From NCBI GenBank assembly GCA_009914755.4, contig CP068257.2, positions 27,904,001 to 27,968,000 of the forward strand: a stretch of 64,000 nucleotides of DNA, given 5' to 3'. The stretch comes from the human T2T-CHM13v2.0 reference genome, Homo sapiens. A program made the position numbers and the translations under genes. Under the pieces are notes generated by a model. That model had not been told where the DNA came from. It saw only the letters and a list, made by a program, of their open reading frames with translations, and ran no database searches. Shown here in pieces: positions 1-15,000 of this stretch; the first letter of the stretch is position 1; each line of letters begins with the position of its first letter.

Positions 1-1029
1 AATTTGCTGTCATTTTTCTAGCCAAGATAAGACCTTTGAGTGAAAAATTCCTGCTCAGAGAAATTTCTATAATGTCCTGGTTAGAGAAATTTCTAAAAAG
101 TAGTTTTCTTTTTGATGAGGTCACTCTTAAAACATCCTCTAGTGATATGAGCCAGCACAGGAGGACAAAGGCAGCATGATTCCACTTATATGAAACATCT
201 AAAATAGTCAAAGTCATGAAAACAGAGAGGAGAATGGTAGTTGCCAAAGGCTGGGAGGAAGGGAAATGGGGGCAGTTGCTGCTCAAGGGGATATAAGGTT
301 TCAATTATGCAAGATAAATAAGTTCTGGAGATCTTCTGTACAACATTGTGCCTATAGTTAATATCGTCTTGAACACTTAGACATTTTTAAGCGGTTAGAT
401 CTCAAGTGTTTTTATCACAATAAAAAAAAAATCCTCTAAAAACCATAGCCTTTGGTAAAGGTTATAGAAGTGCAAGCATACTTTTTTAACCTTAGCACAC
501 AAAATGGATATGGTTGAAAGTCAAATGACAGTGTGCCACCAGGTAATGTGTCTAAGTTGTAACTGCCTTACGGGAAGAAATTTGTGTTCTATGTTTGCAA
601 AGTACTAAACATCTAGTGTGTTTCTTGTGTATCAGCATGCAACATGTGTATTTGAAAATGTTCGTTTTGTTCCAAAAATAACTTGATGTAGTTTAGAGAA
701 GTAGTAGTTTTAATTTTTCTATTTTTAAATTTTTTCTACTTGATTTCAAAACCAGGCCTAGAATTTAGGTTCTAGGTGTAAACTATTGGCCTATCAGATG
801 TATGTCTCTTAAAAAACTGGTTCTTTGAATAAAACTTTTTATCTCTTTTAAGCATAAGTGTTTATAGGATTTGAATTTCACTTCCATTTTCCTGTAATAC
901 AGAAACATAAAAACTCATGTCATGTGTGCTAATTTTCTTTCAAACAGTAAGTTGTGGCTTCAGTGAATTGGGAGGGGTGTCATGCCACACAAAGAAAAAC
1001 GTCAGAAAGTTTTTTATGAACTATACTTA

Positions 1030-1420
1030 AAAAATGTTATAGCAAGTACAGATGCTTCTCACTTACTATGGGGTTGTGTCTCAATACACACAATGTATGC
1101 TGAAGATATTAAGGAGAAATTGCATTTAATACACCTAACTTACAGTTTAGCCTAGCTTACCTTATACACACATGGAACACTTACACTAGCCTACAGTTGG
1201 GCAAAATTATCTATCCAGCCCATTTTATAATACAGTGTTGACTCTGTCATATAATTTGTTTATTGAATACCGTGCTGAAAGTAAAACACAGAATGGTTGT
1301 ATGGGCACTTAAAGTATGGTTTGTCTAGTCTGTGTATCACTTCCGTTCCACTGCAAAGTCAAAAAATTGTAAGTCAAAACATCATGTCTGTATATCATGA
1401 ATGAAATATAATAATTTGTT
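1030..1420. repeat. Possible old DNA-transposon-derived interspersed repeat (Tigger/MER-like); low confidence
   Basis: Segments such as ccactgcaaagtcaaaaaattgtaagtcaaaacatc and gatgcttctcacttactatggggttgtgtc resemble mammalian-wide hAT/Tigger-type repeats. I cannot confirm this without a repeat library. Confidence 0.25.
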
Positions 1421-2765
1421 AACATTACACCATATAAAGCTTGTGTGTTGCTACTAAGAGCAAATTAATATTTTATAGTGTAATTGTGATATATAGTATT
1501 GTATCAGAGTTTTGCAAACTTTGCTCAGAAATTTATTTCAATGGAAGAAATATTTTTGGCATTAAAATGGAAGGAACGAAAGGAGGAAAGAAAAGAGTGT
1601 CAAGAAGTTTGCAAACTTTATTACATATTATACCCTTTATATAGATGGGGAAATTTACTATTGGAGACATTAAGTAACTTACCCAAGAAAAAGAGCTTGC
1701 ATTTGAACTCAGTATATCTGGACTGCCCAAACCAAGAGCTTTCATGAGAAATCATCTACACATTACCTTTTAAAAATATTTTTTATCACTATAGATAGCT
1801 TTTTGTGAATTTTCCCAAAAACCATTATGTTAAGAAATTCCAATCTTTCTGCTTTACTTGAACTCTCAAGCATTTGATTTTAGGCATGTCACTTCATTTT
1901 ACATTGAAATCGCCCAAATGAATCTCTGACTGTGACTTGACACACACAGAGGAAGGTCTCATTGAAACCTCTTTTCCCTATTTTGGGTAGAAGAGTGGTC
2001 ATAGATATTACCTGACAATCTGTTTCAACTAAGTTTATTTTTTCAAAAAAGGAACTCCTCCCCCAGATTTTAGACTGCCTTAAAGTACAACAAACATCTT
2101 TACTCTTGACTAACTCCAAGTATTTATTTCTTGCTGCTTGTGTGAGAGCAAATATAAACATAGTTTTATCAGTGGGCGGCTTTCTTGGTCTTTGGTTGCA
2201 AACAATGATTTCTTTTTGATTCTCACTTTGTCTCTGACTGTTGAAAAGAAAATGGCAAGATATTGGGGCTGACCTTTCTGCCTCCAAGTTTTTGCTGTAG
2301 TCACAAGGAAAGGTGACCTTTAAGGCCTCTCCCAGCCATGAGCTTGAGTAAACCACACATTCTTGGATCCACAGGAAATGAAATTGTGAAGGTCATCTTT
2401 CAGCCCAGAGTGGCTTGGGAGGGGCTCATATTCATTAATTAATTTGCCTTTTATGATCTCAGAATTAAGGATACATATAAAGATTGAGCTTCTGAACTGG
2501 GACCAAAATGACTGTAGCTTTCTAAAACTTCTGTTTGTAGGCTTGGGTTTTTCATATTCACAGAGCCATAGAAACATTATTTTAAAGTATGTTGGTTTAA
2601 ATTCCTAAATCCTACTTTCATGAGAAAGTATCAAACATAATGGCATTCAGCTAGCTGCCTTACTCAAGACGTACTGCAAAAGGAGGCGGGATACTCAGGT
2701 AGTATTTTCTGGTACTTTGCATACTGGAAAGTCCTCCAGTAGCCTGGATCTGGGGCCTGGATTAA

Positions 2766-3107
<342 letters not shown>

Positions 3108-3419
3108 TACAAGTGACTTTTAATTACAGTTTAGAATTGGTGCCTGGTATCAGAATGAGTTTTAATTTCAGCTATACTTCCTAGTAGCCAGGTTACACCG
3201 GGCAAGGTATTTATTTTCTCTTGGACTCAGTTTCCTTATGTATAAAGTGAGACAATAGTAGAATCATTTTCATAGAACTATTATGATAATTCAATGTACT
3301 GTTATATGCAAAACAGTCCAATGGGTGGCATATTTTAAGTATGCTCTTTCTTTAAAATAAAGTTTTATATACCATAGTATATATTTTAACTCTATGCCAT
3401 TCATTGCACTCACGGTCTT

Positions 3420-3447
3420 TTTTTTTTTTTTTTTTTTTGTGGGAGAG
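3420..3447. repeat. Poly-T homopolymer run of about 28 nt
   Basis: Read directly from the sequence. No adjacent Alu body was recognised, so it may be the tail of an old degraded SINE. Confidence 0.85.
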
Positions 3448-3874
3448 ATACAATGAAAAGGTTGATGGTTCTTTAATTTGAGCCATCTGATGCACATCTG
3501 TGCAGCAATTCCTTTGAGTTGCTTATACTAGTGTTTTAGTTAAAATAGTTCCCATAGGTGTTAAAACATAAATTTTCAATGCCTATTACCACTTCTTTTG
3601 CCCAGTCCATGTTTCTGTGTCTATGTAGTTGTAGGCATTATGACAACTTGTATTGTGCTTTATACATAGGCACTCCAACATCAGAAGGAAATAAAAGCTC
3701 ACCACAGTCCCCGGCAATTTAAAAATTCCATCTCTGTGCTTATGAACCATCTATTAATAAATGAACCTTTATAATAATGTCTGATAGAAAAATTCATTTA
3801 CAAATGAATTTATAGTAATAAAGTATGTTCTTGCCATTTATGCTGTTTCTGACATTATCCAAAAATAATGTAGA

Positions 3875-3897
3875 GTGTGTGTGTGTGTGTGTGTGTG
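3875..3897. repeat. (GT)n microsatellite
   Basis: gtgtgtgtgtgtgtgtgtgtgtg. Confidence 0.95.
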
Positions 3898-6800
3898 ACC
3901 TTTCCTTTAGAGGAAAGGAAATGGAGAAACACAAGTTAGTCTAGTAGAGATTGAAATAGAAACTTCAACTAAAACTCTTGGCTTTAGAAGGAGAGAGATT
4001 TGCTTGTTTATTTCAGTTTTGCAGAAAGTTATTTCTCTACTCTGATCCCTCCATGCTTGTGGTGTGTCCCTAAGGACCCCCTTTTCTTTCATATTCTGTC
4101 TTCTTTGCTTTCTTTTACCTTCCCTTTTGGTTTGTTTCTTTTTTAATTGCTGGCTTCATGGCACCTCCTTTGAATTAACCTCAAATGTTTGATTTCTTGA
4201 AGCTTGTGTGAGCCTGAATATAAATTATATCTTCTCTTTACACCTTTATCCTTCCGTTGCAAATGTTGCCCTGGATGGGGTGGGAGGGACTAATAAAGTT
4301 CTATTTGTTTTGTACCTAAAATACTCTGCCTCACGAAGAATGATTCAGGGGAAAATAACAATTTTTTTAAGTTATAGATAAAGCTCTGGGCAAGAATTGG
4401 ATTTGAGTTTGCAGTATTCAAAAAACTAGACTATATGGAATTGACTTTCATACTGGTTGCAAACTTGACATCAGATTGTGAATGTCAGATTGATTTCTCA
4501 TTGTAGATTTAGCATTTATACATTCACATCTTTCATTCATTGGTAGGTATAGGTAAACATTTCAGAGAACTGCTTTGGATGCTTATACCCTTGAGGATTT
4601 TTCTGAGGAATTATTTTTCAGAAGCTCTGGCCTAGCCAATAATACAATACAAATCTTACATTTTGTATAGGTTTCTCCCTTTAATAGGCTCCTTATTCAA
4701 AGGCACTTGAAGTGCTCTGTGACACAGTCTGATAAATTTTCACATTACACATGGAAGAAAAAGGATGTAGGAAAAAGGAAGAAAGAGGATATTATTGTCA
4801 TTGTATAGATGTAAAACCTTGCATTTTATGTATAGACCTACCATAAGTTGAAAGCAAGCTATGATTTGGAGTATTTTTATAAAGACAATTTCAGTAAAAT
4901 GTAGACTATTAAAGAAATAGTTTCCTGAAAAATAATGGGATTATTATTACTATTTTTTTTTGTCTTGGTCAAATTCCTGCTGTAGTTCTGTGGAGCCAGT
5001 GTCTCAATGATTATATTTTTTAAAGAAAGACAAAAACTTCACTTCCTTAACATTTTTTAACTCTAAGCTCTAGTGTAGGAGCAAACCTAGGATGGTTTGA
5101 GGATACAGTCAGGAAAGTTTTTAAGGAATAGGAACAGAAGAATTGTATTTAGGGATTTGCAACATAGAGACTTGTACAGTCTGGTCACCTATCTGTCCAC
5201 AGATTTCACTCCCTTCCAAGAGAATTAATGATCTAAGAGCAGAGGTCAGGCTTTAATCATCTCTCACTAATTATGTGAAGGCAGGTGGAAGGAGATTTTT
5301 GGAGTAGTTTTATGTGTACTACCCTTGTGGGAAGTTTTTGCATTCCAGAACTGAGGATTTGGGCAGCATTTCCTGTGGTTTGATCCATTTTCTGAGCGCA
5401 TTCACAACCCATGGGCCATCTTTTATGCACCCATCCTTGGAATTTAAAAAAAGTGAATCCTAGAGGTTGAGTGTTGATCACCATATTAGCTTTTAGAATA
5501 GTGGTTATGTTGATTTGTGCCTGAGAGCTAATGAGAAAGCTGATTCTCATCTCCTGGGTCCGTGTAAAGAATGTTGGGGTGAAGGAAGTCTAGCCACTGA
5601 AATAAAATGTACAAGTGTGGTCGCCCATACTAATCTCCACCTGTGACCCAGCAGCCACGTCTTGCCTGGCCCGTTTTCTTGCAACTTTAAAGCTTTAAAC
5701 TGGCTCCCCATGGGAAATGACTCTCGAAAGCCCCTGTCTTCCTTTCCTTTGGCTACAGCATGTAGACTTCATGAACTCCTTTTTCCCGTGTTTGCTAATG
5801 TCATGTTTTCATTACCTCCATGTTGTCTCTTCTGCTCTATTTAATTTTTGTTCCCACACCTGGGACCTGATGCCAACATCCTTACCATCTCAGATCCTAG
5901 ATTTAAGTTTCTCTGTTTGCATGAACGCATGCCCTAGAATTCCTTGTTCTCCTAAATGAGCTCTTTAAACCATAAAAATATACCTATGAGGGTCACAGGG
6001 TTACTCCATGACATCAGATACACAAGTGTCTTCCTCCTGTTGTTCATCTTTATTTAAAGATTTCATTTAGAAACCTTATTCTCTCAACAGAAAAATAGTC
6101 TATTTTTAAATGGCATGCACAATCCATAGGGATTCTTAATTTTAAAAAATGATCCTTAAAAAATTTTGCACATGGGGTGGCCACGCAGGGCTACCCAGTG
6201 CACATTCCTGACAAGTAGGGGATGTGTAAGTTCATCCTCCGCTAACGTTAGGGATAATGTCATGGAAAACTTTGAAAAGTGGAGTTAACATTGAGGCCCT
6301 GTAATATTTTGATATTACTCTGTGTGCTTTTTTCCAGTTCTTCTGAATCCCAGTCCTTTTTCTCACTTTTCAAGTTACAGCAAGTGCTTTTATATGCATT
6401 ATCTTCAGGGTAGGGATGATATAGAAAGAAAAAAGACTCAAATTTGGAGCTTTGAGCTTTTTAAATGGACTTTTGTGGATCTGTAGAAGACGCTGCAGTC
6501 TTTGAAGCTATTAATTACAACAGTCAGGTGTTTGAAACAAGGAAAAGGCAGGTACTTTGAATTGTAAAAGTTTGACATTAAATATCAAGCTTAGAGGCTT
6601 CAGGACTCAGCCTATAGGACTGAGGATGGAGTGTAAAGAAAGGGTTGTCTCGTAGCTGCTCTCAAGGAGAAAAGTTCAATCAGGTGATGTGAGAATCTTG
6701 ACCAAAGCCTAGATGCCAAGGGAGATCTGAGGAGGGGCACCTCCTCTGCCTTCTCTGGGGGCAAACTCCCATGCAGCCTGATAGGTGTGGGGACCTGAGA

Positions 6801-7418
6801 ACACAGGGAAACCATAGCCCAGTCTCTGTCTCAGGCATTCAGAAGAGGCAGTTAATGGAGCAGAGAAGTGTCAGTGGGGTATGCCATCAGGCCAGCCTGA
6901 AACTGTCCTCTGAGACTCCCATGGCCTCCCAAGGGTGCTCCAGAGCAGCTAAAACATTTTCCTGCCCTAGAAAGGACACATGAATAGCTGATGGTATAAA
7001 AGGGAGCATGAAACATGGCCCAGTCCAGTGCTATGAGCAGAGAACAGAGAGATATTCCTGCAGTGAGGATAAGCTTCCAGTGGGCCTTGTATACCTGGAA
7101 GTAAGCAGCTCTTCTTGCTTAAAAGTGGCAGAAATGTGGGTTTGTCCTTCAATCCAAACCACACAGTGCCTTTCTCCTCTTCAGAGTCACTGTCAGAGGC
7201 CAGTGTGGCTTTGTGCCTTGGCCCTCTAGCTTCCCTCTGGCTTCCTGCACTGAAGGCCTGAGAGGATTCTGCATGGATTGGCTTTCCCTCACCTCATGGA
7301 AAACGCTTGATTTTTTTGTTTTTTGTTTTTGTTTTATTGCATTTCAGAGGCTGAATTAGGGCCATAAAATAAACTTCCAAGAAATTCTTTGCATGCCCTT
7401 TCTCTACAGGGAATGGCA

Positions 7419-7590
7419 CTACCTTTAAGCTAAACTGATCGTGATGTGTAGGGTGTTAGTTGTCCACAGTGCACGTATGCACTACACGCATAGCTTTCAG
7501 GGCCCTACCTTTAAGCTAAACTGACCGTGATGTGTAGGGTGTTAGTTGTCCACAGTGCACGTATGCACTACATGCATAGTTTTCGGGGTA
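7419..7590. repeat. Tandem duplication of an 86-bp unit, 2 copies at about 94% identity
   Basis: ctacctttaagctaaactga(t/c)cgtgatgtgtagggtgttagttgtccacagtgcacgtatgcactaca(c/t)gcatag(c/t)tttc(a/g)ggg... occurs twice back to back (7419-7504 and 7505-7590). Confidence 0.9.
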
Positions 7591-10178
7591 CCAGTTTATG
7601 CCTATGGTAGTGGGAATGCATTTTTCTCAAGCTACAAACTTGGATTTGCAAACAAATTATGTGATACTATTTAAAAAAATAGAACTCACCTTAGCTTAGA
7701 GGTTCCCCATCTGCTAGTGTGTCTTATCAACTCAAGGTAATTAATTCACTTTTGGTTTAAAATGCTTTCTTTTGGTTAATGTTTTAGTTAATGCAAGCCT
7801 CTCTCCACATCCCTTCTCTCTTCTCTTCTTTCCAAGGGTCAGCTGGGATAAGGAGAAGTGTCTAGAGGGCCCAGGATCAGCTAGTCCAAGGCCACCCTCT
7901 GTCCTTTTGTCTTCCATGGGGATGTGACATCCTACTAGGTCATGAACACTGATTTCTGTCTCTGCTGTGCCCTCTGAGATGACCATGGTCCCAGTGTCAC
8001 ATCCACACACCCTGTGTCTTTCCCGCTCTAACCTCAAGTCTTCCAGTCCACTGGTTCTCTCAGCCCTTCCACACATGCCTCTTGGGTGAGAAGAGCCATG
8101 GATTTTTGGCTGTTTTCCCTGCATTCTCTGAGATTGAGGAAGACACTATGTATGAAACATTCCATAGCTTCACTGCCTACACGCTGTTATTCTGCCATTC
8201 CGGAGACAGTGGCATACAAAATGTCTCTACAAGTCTTATCACCTCCTGGCCCTTCACCCTGTGAAGTAAAAATGGCATTTTCTGTCCAGGATTCCCTTTT
8301 AATTTTTCTGTGGTTTCTATTCTTCTTCATCCTCCCAAGTGTGAACTTGGCTCAGAGATGGTAAGTGGTTTAGGAATAGCCTCCTCACAGAGATTAAGGT
8401 AGTATCTAACCTTTGTGACTTTCCTCCAATTTTCTCTTTCCTAATGGTCAGAATCTGGTCTGGGGTAGGTAAATCAGGTAGTAAAATATCATTATCTCTG
8501 TTTCTCCAACCTTAGCCTTTTGGGTTTTGGCTCTGGCCAATTATAGATAAACTTTTTTGAATTATAACAACTTACATATTCAATGAAACATCTGGATCTT
8601 GCAATTAAAAACCATGGTTTCCAAGATTTTTCTCTGTGCTACAAATCTGCAAGGACTACTTAACATCTCAAAAGCTAAAAGTTTAACTCATTTTTAGTTT
8701 GAGAACAGTTCATATAAAAACTCCCATACTTGATGGTAGGAAGAAGGGTAGGGATAAAAACAATAGAAAATAAATGCACTCTGTCCTCTTTATTTCTCCT
8801 TGTCTGTCTTTAGAAGAAACACTAAGTTACACTTACAGAATAGAGTCTTCCTATGAGGTCCAGTCTCATTTATCATCCTCTTTTGTGAATTGTGAATGTG
8901 TATTCATTTCTACAGCTTCAAATAGCTTCCTAGGTACGTATCTCTTTTTTGTCTTGTTTTACCTGGTCTGTAGGCTCATTAAGGTCAAGAACAATTCTAC
9001 TTCTGTAAAATTCACTCTGTCTGTAATGATTTGCTTATGATTCATTAGATGGGAACCTTCTTGCTTCTTGATGTCATGATGGCTAGTGGGGCCATTTTCT
9101 CTATATCCAGGGGAGGCCTTTCTGCCTTGAAGTACTGGCAGGACACAGTCATTCTGATGGCAATAAGAATTTCATGTGTCCAAGAGAGACACATAACCAT
9201 ATAAAGAAATGTAGAAACAAAAATCTCTTTTTATCACTGCTTCTATGTTTTTTGTTTTTATTTCCTTCCCATTTTCTACTAGAGTCAAACAATATTGTGG
9301 TTGGCAGAGAACTTCAAATGCAACCTCCTCATTCCACAGATGAAGAAACTGAGGTTGAGGGAAGTAAAATGACTTGCCCAAAGACACACAGCCCTTTAGC
9401 AGCAGTGTGGAAACCTGAGTTCTTGGCATGTGATTCCCAAGTCACCTGTCTATTGGGCCATGCCCATCGTTCAGAGTTCGTTTGGTTGATAAGACAACAT
9501 CAACTTGTATATTAGAAACGTTATTTCTAAATTGATGTTAATTGCTTCCTGGCTTTTCTAATAATTAATGAATGTTTGAGTTTTCAGGCAAAGGAAAACC
9601 TCTTTGCACGATTACAAAAATAACCTAATTAAAGAGACTTTTGCAAATCACTTGCTAAATAAGTTGATCCGACTCCAGAGAAATAGAACTGAAGACTCTT
9701 GGAAGCATCTGATAATATGCCAAGGAACACCGAGGAAAGATAAATACCAAGGTTGAGTGGGTTATCAAATGACAGTAATTTCTTGGTTTTTGTGGCTGGT
9801 AAACTGATCAGGACTGCTTTCATGTCTTAGGTTGAAAAATCAGAATATTTGAATATTTTAAGTCTAAACCCTCCAGTTGAAAAACTGGGGAGAAAGACAA
9901 TTCTGGTCAAGTTAAATTAAAATATTTTAGTTGCTAGGGGGAAATACAGTAACTTTATTCCATCATCCAGGTCTTACTCATTTTTGTGTCTTATCTGGAT
10001 GTATGCATTGCAACATGGACACACATTGTTGTGTACTTTGGGCCATTAGCCGTATTTGGGCTGACAACAACAAAGTTCAAATTCTGCAGGGTTTCAAATT
10101 CACACACTGCATTTGTAATGTTGACTTTCTATCACAAGGATGTTCATATCTTTGCAATTAGAAATTCTTAGAAAATTT

Positions 10179-10226
10179 GATTTTCTTAGAAAAAGCAAAA
10201 ATGATTTTCTTAGAAAAAGCAAAAAT
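10179..10226. repeat. Perfect tandem duplication of the 24-bp unit gattttcttagaaaaagcaaaaat, with a partial third copy after it
   Basis: Read directly from the sequence. It produces the repeated FLLFLRKS peptide in ORFs 10100-10355 of the track. Confidence 0.95.
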
Positions 10227-10878
10227 GATTTTAAAATGCTTGTGCATATGGACATAAAATTCCATAACTGTGAGAAGCATAATGAGATGTTTCCTAAAGG
10301 CAAGTTAAAACTGCAGCATCAAGCAGAATTTTTTTTTATTATCTACAAGAGTTAATTAATAATACCATTTGGCACTGTTAGATGTTCAGAAAATAGTCTA
10401 ATAAGTAAGACTGCTTTGCTTTCCTTTTGCTGTTAAAGGCTGTTCAGACTCTCTAAATTGCTTACTAGGAAATAGACCTTGTGGTATAAGGGTCATGTGC
10501 TTGGAAACTAATTGGGATTCATTGTAGTACTGCATTGCCACAGATGGCTCATACAGAACATAATATAATATCAGTCAAATGCAGTGAGGTATTTGGAAAT
10601 AATTTTCCTTGGATAGGTTTATAATCATATGATCCAGCTGATTTTCCCAACGGCAAGATTCCTACCCACCATGTATTCCTTAAATAGCTCCAATTTTGCT
10701 TGAAAAACTCTCTAAAATAATTCAATTTATAATTTTAGTTTAAAACAAAGTAAAATATAAAGCTTAATTTTTTTCCCTTATTTCATTAGGTTAGAAGCAA
10801 ACTTATTAGGAAACAAATTGGACAACACTATGTTTCATTGCTGTTGATGCATTTGTTCAGTCTTTGTTTGTTTGTTTA

Positions 10879-10965
10879 TTGATTTATAGAGATGAGGTCC
10901 CACCATGTTGCCCAGGCTGGTCTTGAACTCCTGGGCTTACAGGTGTGAGCCACCACTACCAGCCA
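10879..10965 (-). mobile_element. Alu fragment (right-arm portion, antisense) next to a (GTTT)n tract
   Basis: gagatgaggtcccaccatgttgcccaggctggtcttgaactcctgggcttacaggtgtgagccaccactaccagcc. Confidence 0.7.
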
Positions 10966-11662
10966 CTTGTTCAATCTTTTAATGCCTCCCTGCTCTCTGC
11001 TAAGCTTAAACAGTATTTTTCAAAGTATAATCCACAGACAATCTGTTATTATTTAACAAAAACTCATGCTCAACAGCTAATCTGAAATAAAACTAGTAAA
11101 ACCACTATATTCAAGCTAGTTTTAATAAAAACTCATGTTTACTATCTACTTTTAAATAATGCAACTACCGTTAGGATTGTTGGGGAAAAAAATGTAAGAA
11201 AAGCTATTTAAAAAAATAAAAATAAAAACACCCTTGTATTGGAGATCCTTTTAAGAAGGAATCATGTATGTGACTTAATTTGGGAAAAAACTGCTACGTT
11301 CAAGCTAATTTTTATGAAAACTAATGTATACAACTAGTTTTAGTCATTCACTTTCAGGCTTCATTGTAAATGCAGATTCCTGGACTCTTCCTACTGAGGA
11401 GAAAGGTCGAGAGGTAGAGCCTGTAAACAGCAGTTTGGATAATTTCCCCAGGTGGTTCTGATTTACACCAAAGTAGGAGAACTAATAATGTAAACATAAA
11501 GCTTGAAAAAAAAATTGTTTTCCTTTCATATTCAAGTCTTTTGTTCTACAGTTCGCTTGAAATGCAGTGGTTCCTGGTCGGGTCACTGTGGTCTTAGCAT
11601 CCATTGACATGATGGCAAGAACTGGTTGAGAATCAGTATAAAGGGAGAAAGAGAAGAGTGTG

Positions 11663-12062
<400 letters not shown>

Positions 12063-15000
12063 CTAGCTCTATAGTTTTAAAACTAATCATGATATCAATT
12101 GAATATCATAAAATTTCCACCTCAAAGCTGTGCAGGTTTTTCCTGAATTCTAAGTGGAAAGGGTCTGTCAGATTGAATGCCGAACATGTGTTGTACATAC
12201 TGCATAGGATTAGTGGCTCTACCTCTGCAATCAATCAAGCAATCAACAGCAATGATTTATTGAGTTCTAATTATGTACATAAGTTTGTGCTTTAGCTTAG
12301 TGGTTCTCAGCGTTTCCAGCACATTAAAATCAACTGGGCATCTGAAAAAATTACCATTGTCATGCCCCAACTAATTAAATTAGAATTTCTAGAGACGAGG
12401 TCCAGAGCTTCTACTATAGATCTTCACATATTACCAGTTTGGGTCCTTCTTTCGAGTGCAGTGACCTCTGCCATTGATTTGTAATGCTTGTACAAGAAAA
12501 ACTGCTCTTAGAGATAGAGCTTGAGCCTCTAAATTAGAAAACCAATTTTCTAAACCAGATTCCATTTTAAGATGCTTGATAAATTTTAGTTACTGCCCAT
12601 GTGACCAGAGAACAATACTTAGTTTCTCCAGAAGGTACCAACAGTTGTTAACGGATATATATTAACAGGACTTTTATTAATTATTTCATTTTCTATGCCA
12701 TGATTTTATTTAATTATCATAGTAAATGTATAAAGTCCATAATATTACCTTCATTTTACAAGTAAGAAAATTGAGGCTTAGAAATTTACTCTAAAGAATA
12801 CATAATTATTTATTGAGTGGCTACTATGTGCCAAGCACAATGCAAGATGTCTTGTACACTATTATGGGATGAGATTCACATGATCATACCTGTGTTCCCT
12901 TGAGGATGATCTGTGGAACACTGGTCTGTCAAGATGCTGTGGGGAAAAAAATCTGCAATCTAATAGGCTTCAGAAGTGCTGAATACTTTTCTACTTTGTT
13001 GAAAATTCTCAATGCGCAAAAACTTGTGACGCACACTGAGATAGCATGTAGTAAAGGAACATTTAGAGTGACGCTCTATGGGTTATTTAACTATGAAAAT
13101 TCTATTTGAGAAACATTTGCCAATTGAACACATTTTGAAAAACACCCCTACAAAACTTTGTGTTCCAGAAATTTTGTCCCACTGCTACATATTAAGAAAT
13201 TGAGACTGAGAAGTTTGGTAACTTGCCTGCAGTCATTCAGCATGTGGCTCTGCTAGAACCTGAATCTAAGTTTGGCTGTTTTAGAAAATTTTCTTCTGCT
13301 TCTAAAATCTATAACTACAGGTCGATGATGGATATCTACTTCTCTGTTAGTAAAGCTGAATTTAAATTGTTGAAAGGATCAAATGTAATGTATGTGAAAA
13401 CATTTTGAAAACTATAAAATAATACATAAATGTCAGAATTAGGTAGTATACAGTCTAAAGTAGTATAGAAATATTAACTTTTGAAAGAGATCATTTCTTT
13501 ATCCAAATCTCTGAATTACACTTTTAAGTAATAGTCTCTGCAGAAAGTTAAGTTTTGTCAGTTATTGTTAATTTTGATTGTCAATACTTCATCAATCACA
13601 CTTGAACTCTTTTGGTAGCATTTTTGGTTTATTAAATTGTCTTTGGGAGAGTAAACTTAGGAAATTTGTGGTTTCTATATACTGAATCCATGAAATATGA
13701 AACTAAGAATAATGTCATATTCATCCCAACATCTGATTCTATTGATTATGAAAATGTGAACTCTGACCTGGGACAAATAGTATGTTGCTTCTAGTTTAAT
13801 AATAATAAAACAATGTTAGTGTAATTTATGATATTTTCTTCTGAGTACATTTCTTTAAAGAAGGAAGCAAAGCTGAGAAACAATCAGGATAAGAATCAAC
13901 TAGTCAACTTTCCTGAATATGCTTTACTGGAGAAATATACAGTTGATTGGAGAAGCCTGTGGCTTCCAAAACTGGGAGCCATTTAAAGCTAAGCAAAGAG
14001 AAGGTAAAATGCTGTATGATTGCACAGATGGCATATCTCTACTTCAAGGAAGTGCTTTAGGGGATTTCTTGATATGTCAAAAGATAATCCCATTAAGAAA
14101 AGAATAAAGACCAACTGATCCCATATTTAGAAAAGATGAAACACACCTTCAACTCTCTTATTCACTAGTGAGGAATCATCAGATATTCTCTGTCACAACA
14201 AATTAAATGTGCAAGAGGTTTTTTATGTCACCTGGTTGAGTTAGCATGGAAATTATTTACAGCACTTTGAATGCAGATGGAAAATGAATCTACAGAGATC
14301 TGTAACTAATGTGTATGGACATTCTTTCCTTTATTTTTTCCTTCTTGCCCGTTTCCCCAGAATACTTTAAATGAATTAATAATAATGATGGATCCAAAGA
14401 AATAACTGTGAAAATGGTGATGTTCAGAAAAGATTGTTCCAAGAACAACCCCTCTATCTAGGGTAAGTGGGAAGGAAGTGAAATAACATCTCGTAGAAAG
14501 ATGTTCATCAATGCAAAGTGAGTGGTAAATAGAAATGAATTAGTACATAGCTTAGGACTTTGCTGGGATCTTCAAAGAAGTACTATATAGCTTGAAAAAT
14601 ATCACCATTCCTTAGAGACTCAGAACCTACAGAAGACTGTTAAATTCTACAAGTAAATGTTATTTGAGAGTTTGAGGTTAATGAATTTCTGCCCAGGAAT
14701 TATTCTTGACTGTGTTCTGTTTCCATGAGTGATGTTCAACATAGCTAGTGCTCTTCTGTGACACCAGAGGTTTCAAGTTTAGTTTTCTTTCTGTGGATCA
14801 CGGTTTTTAAATCTTTAAATGCTAAGACACTTTTGAGTCTTTGTGTAAATAATACATTTTAAATCGTGGAATCAGTTTCAATTAAAAATTAACATTGTTA
14901 TGGAGTTATGTGTGTACTGTTGAAAAGGTAAGGGTTTTGGGTAGTTTGAAAATACGCAGATCTACACAATATATGAGACAGGGAGAAGAAAAGAGGAGGG

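Noticed and set aside
9061-9170. Minus-strand reading CQYFKAERPPLDIEKMAPLAIMTSRSKKVPI*, which superficially resembles the CLSFNAIMEEL... C-terminal exon of GluK1
   Set aside because: Only a few residues (C, F, A, IM) align. The basic/Ser-rich continuation and the RRTQRKETVA end are absent. This is a chance resemblance.
10100-10355. ORFs with duplicated motif FLLFLRKS or DFLRKSKN
   Set aside because: They are caused by the perfect 24-bp tandem duplication at 10179-10226 and are not a coding repeat.
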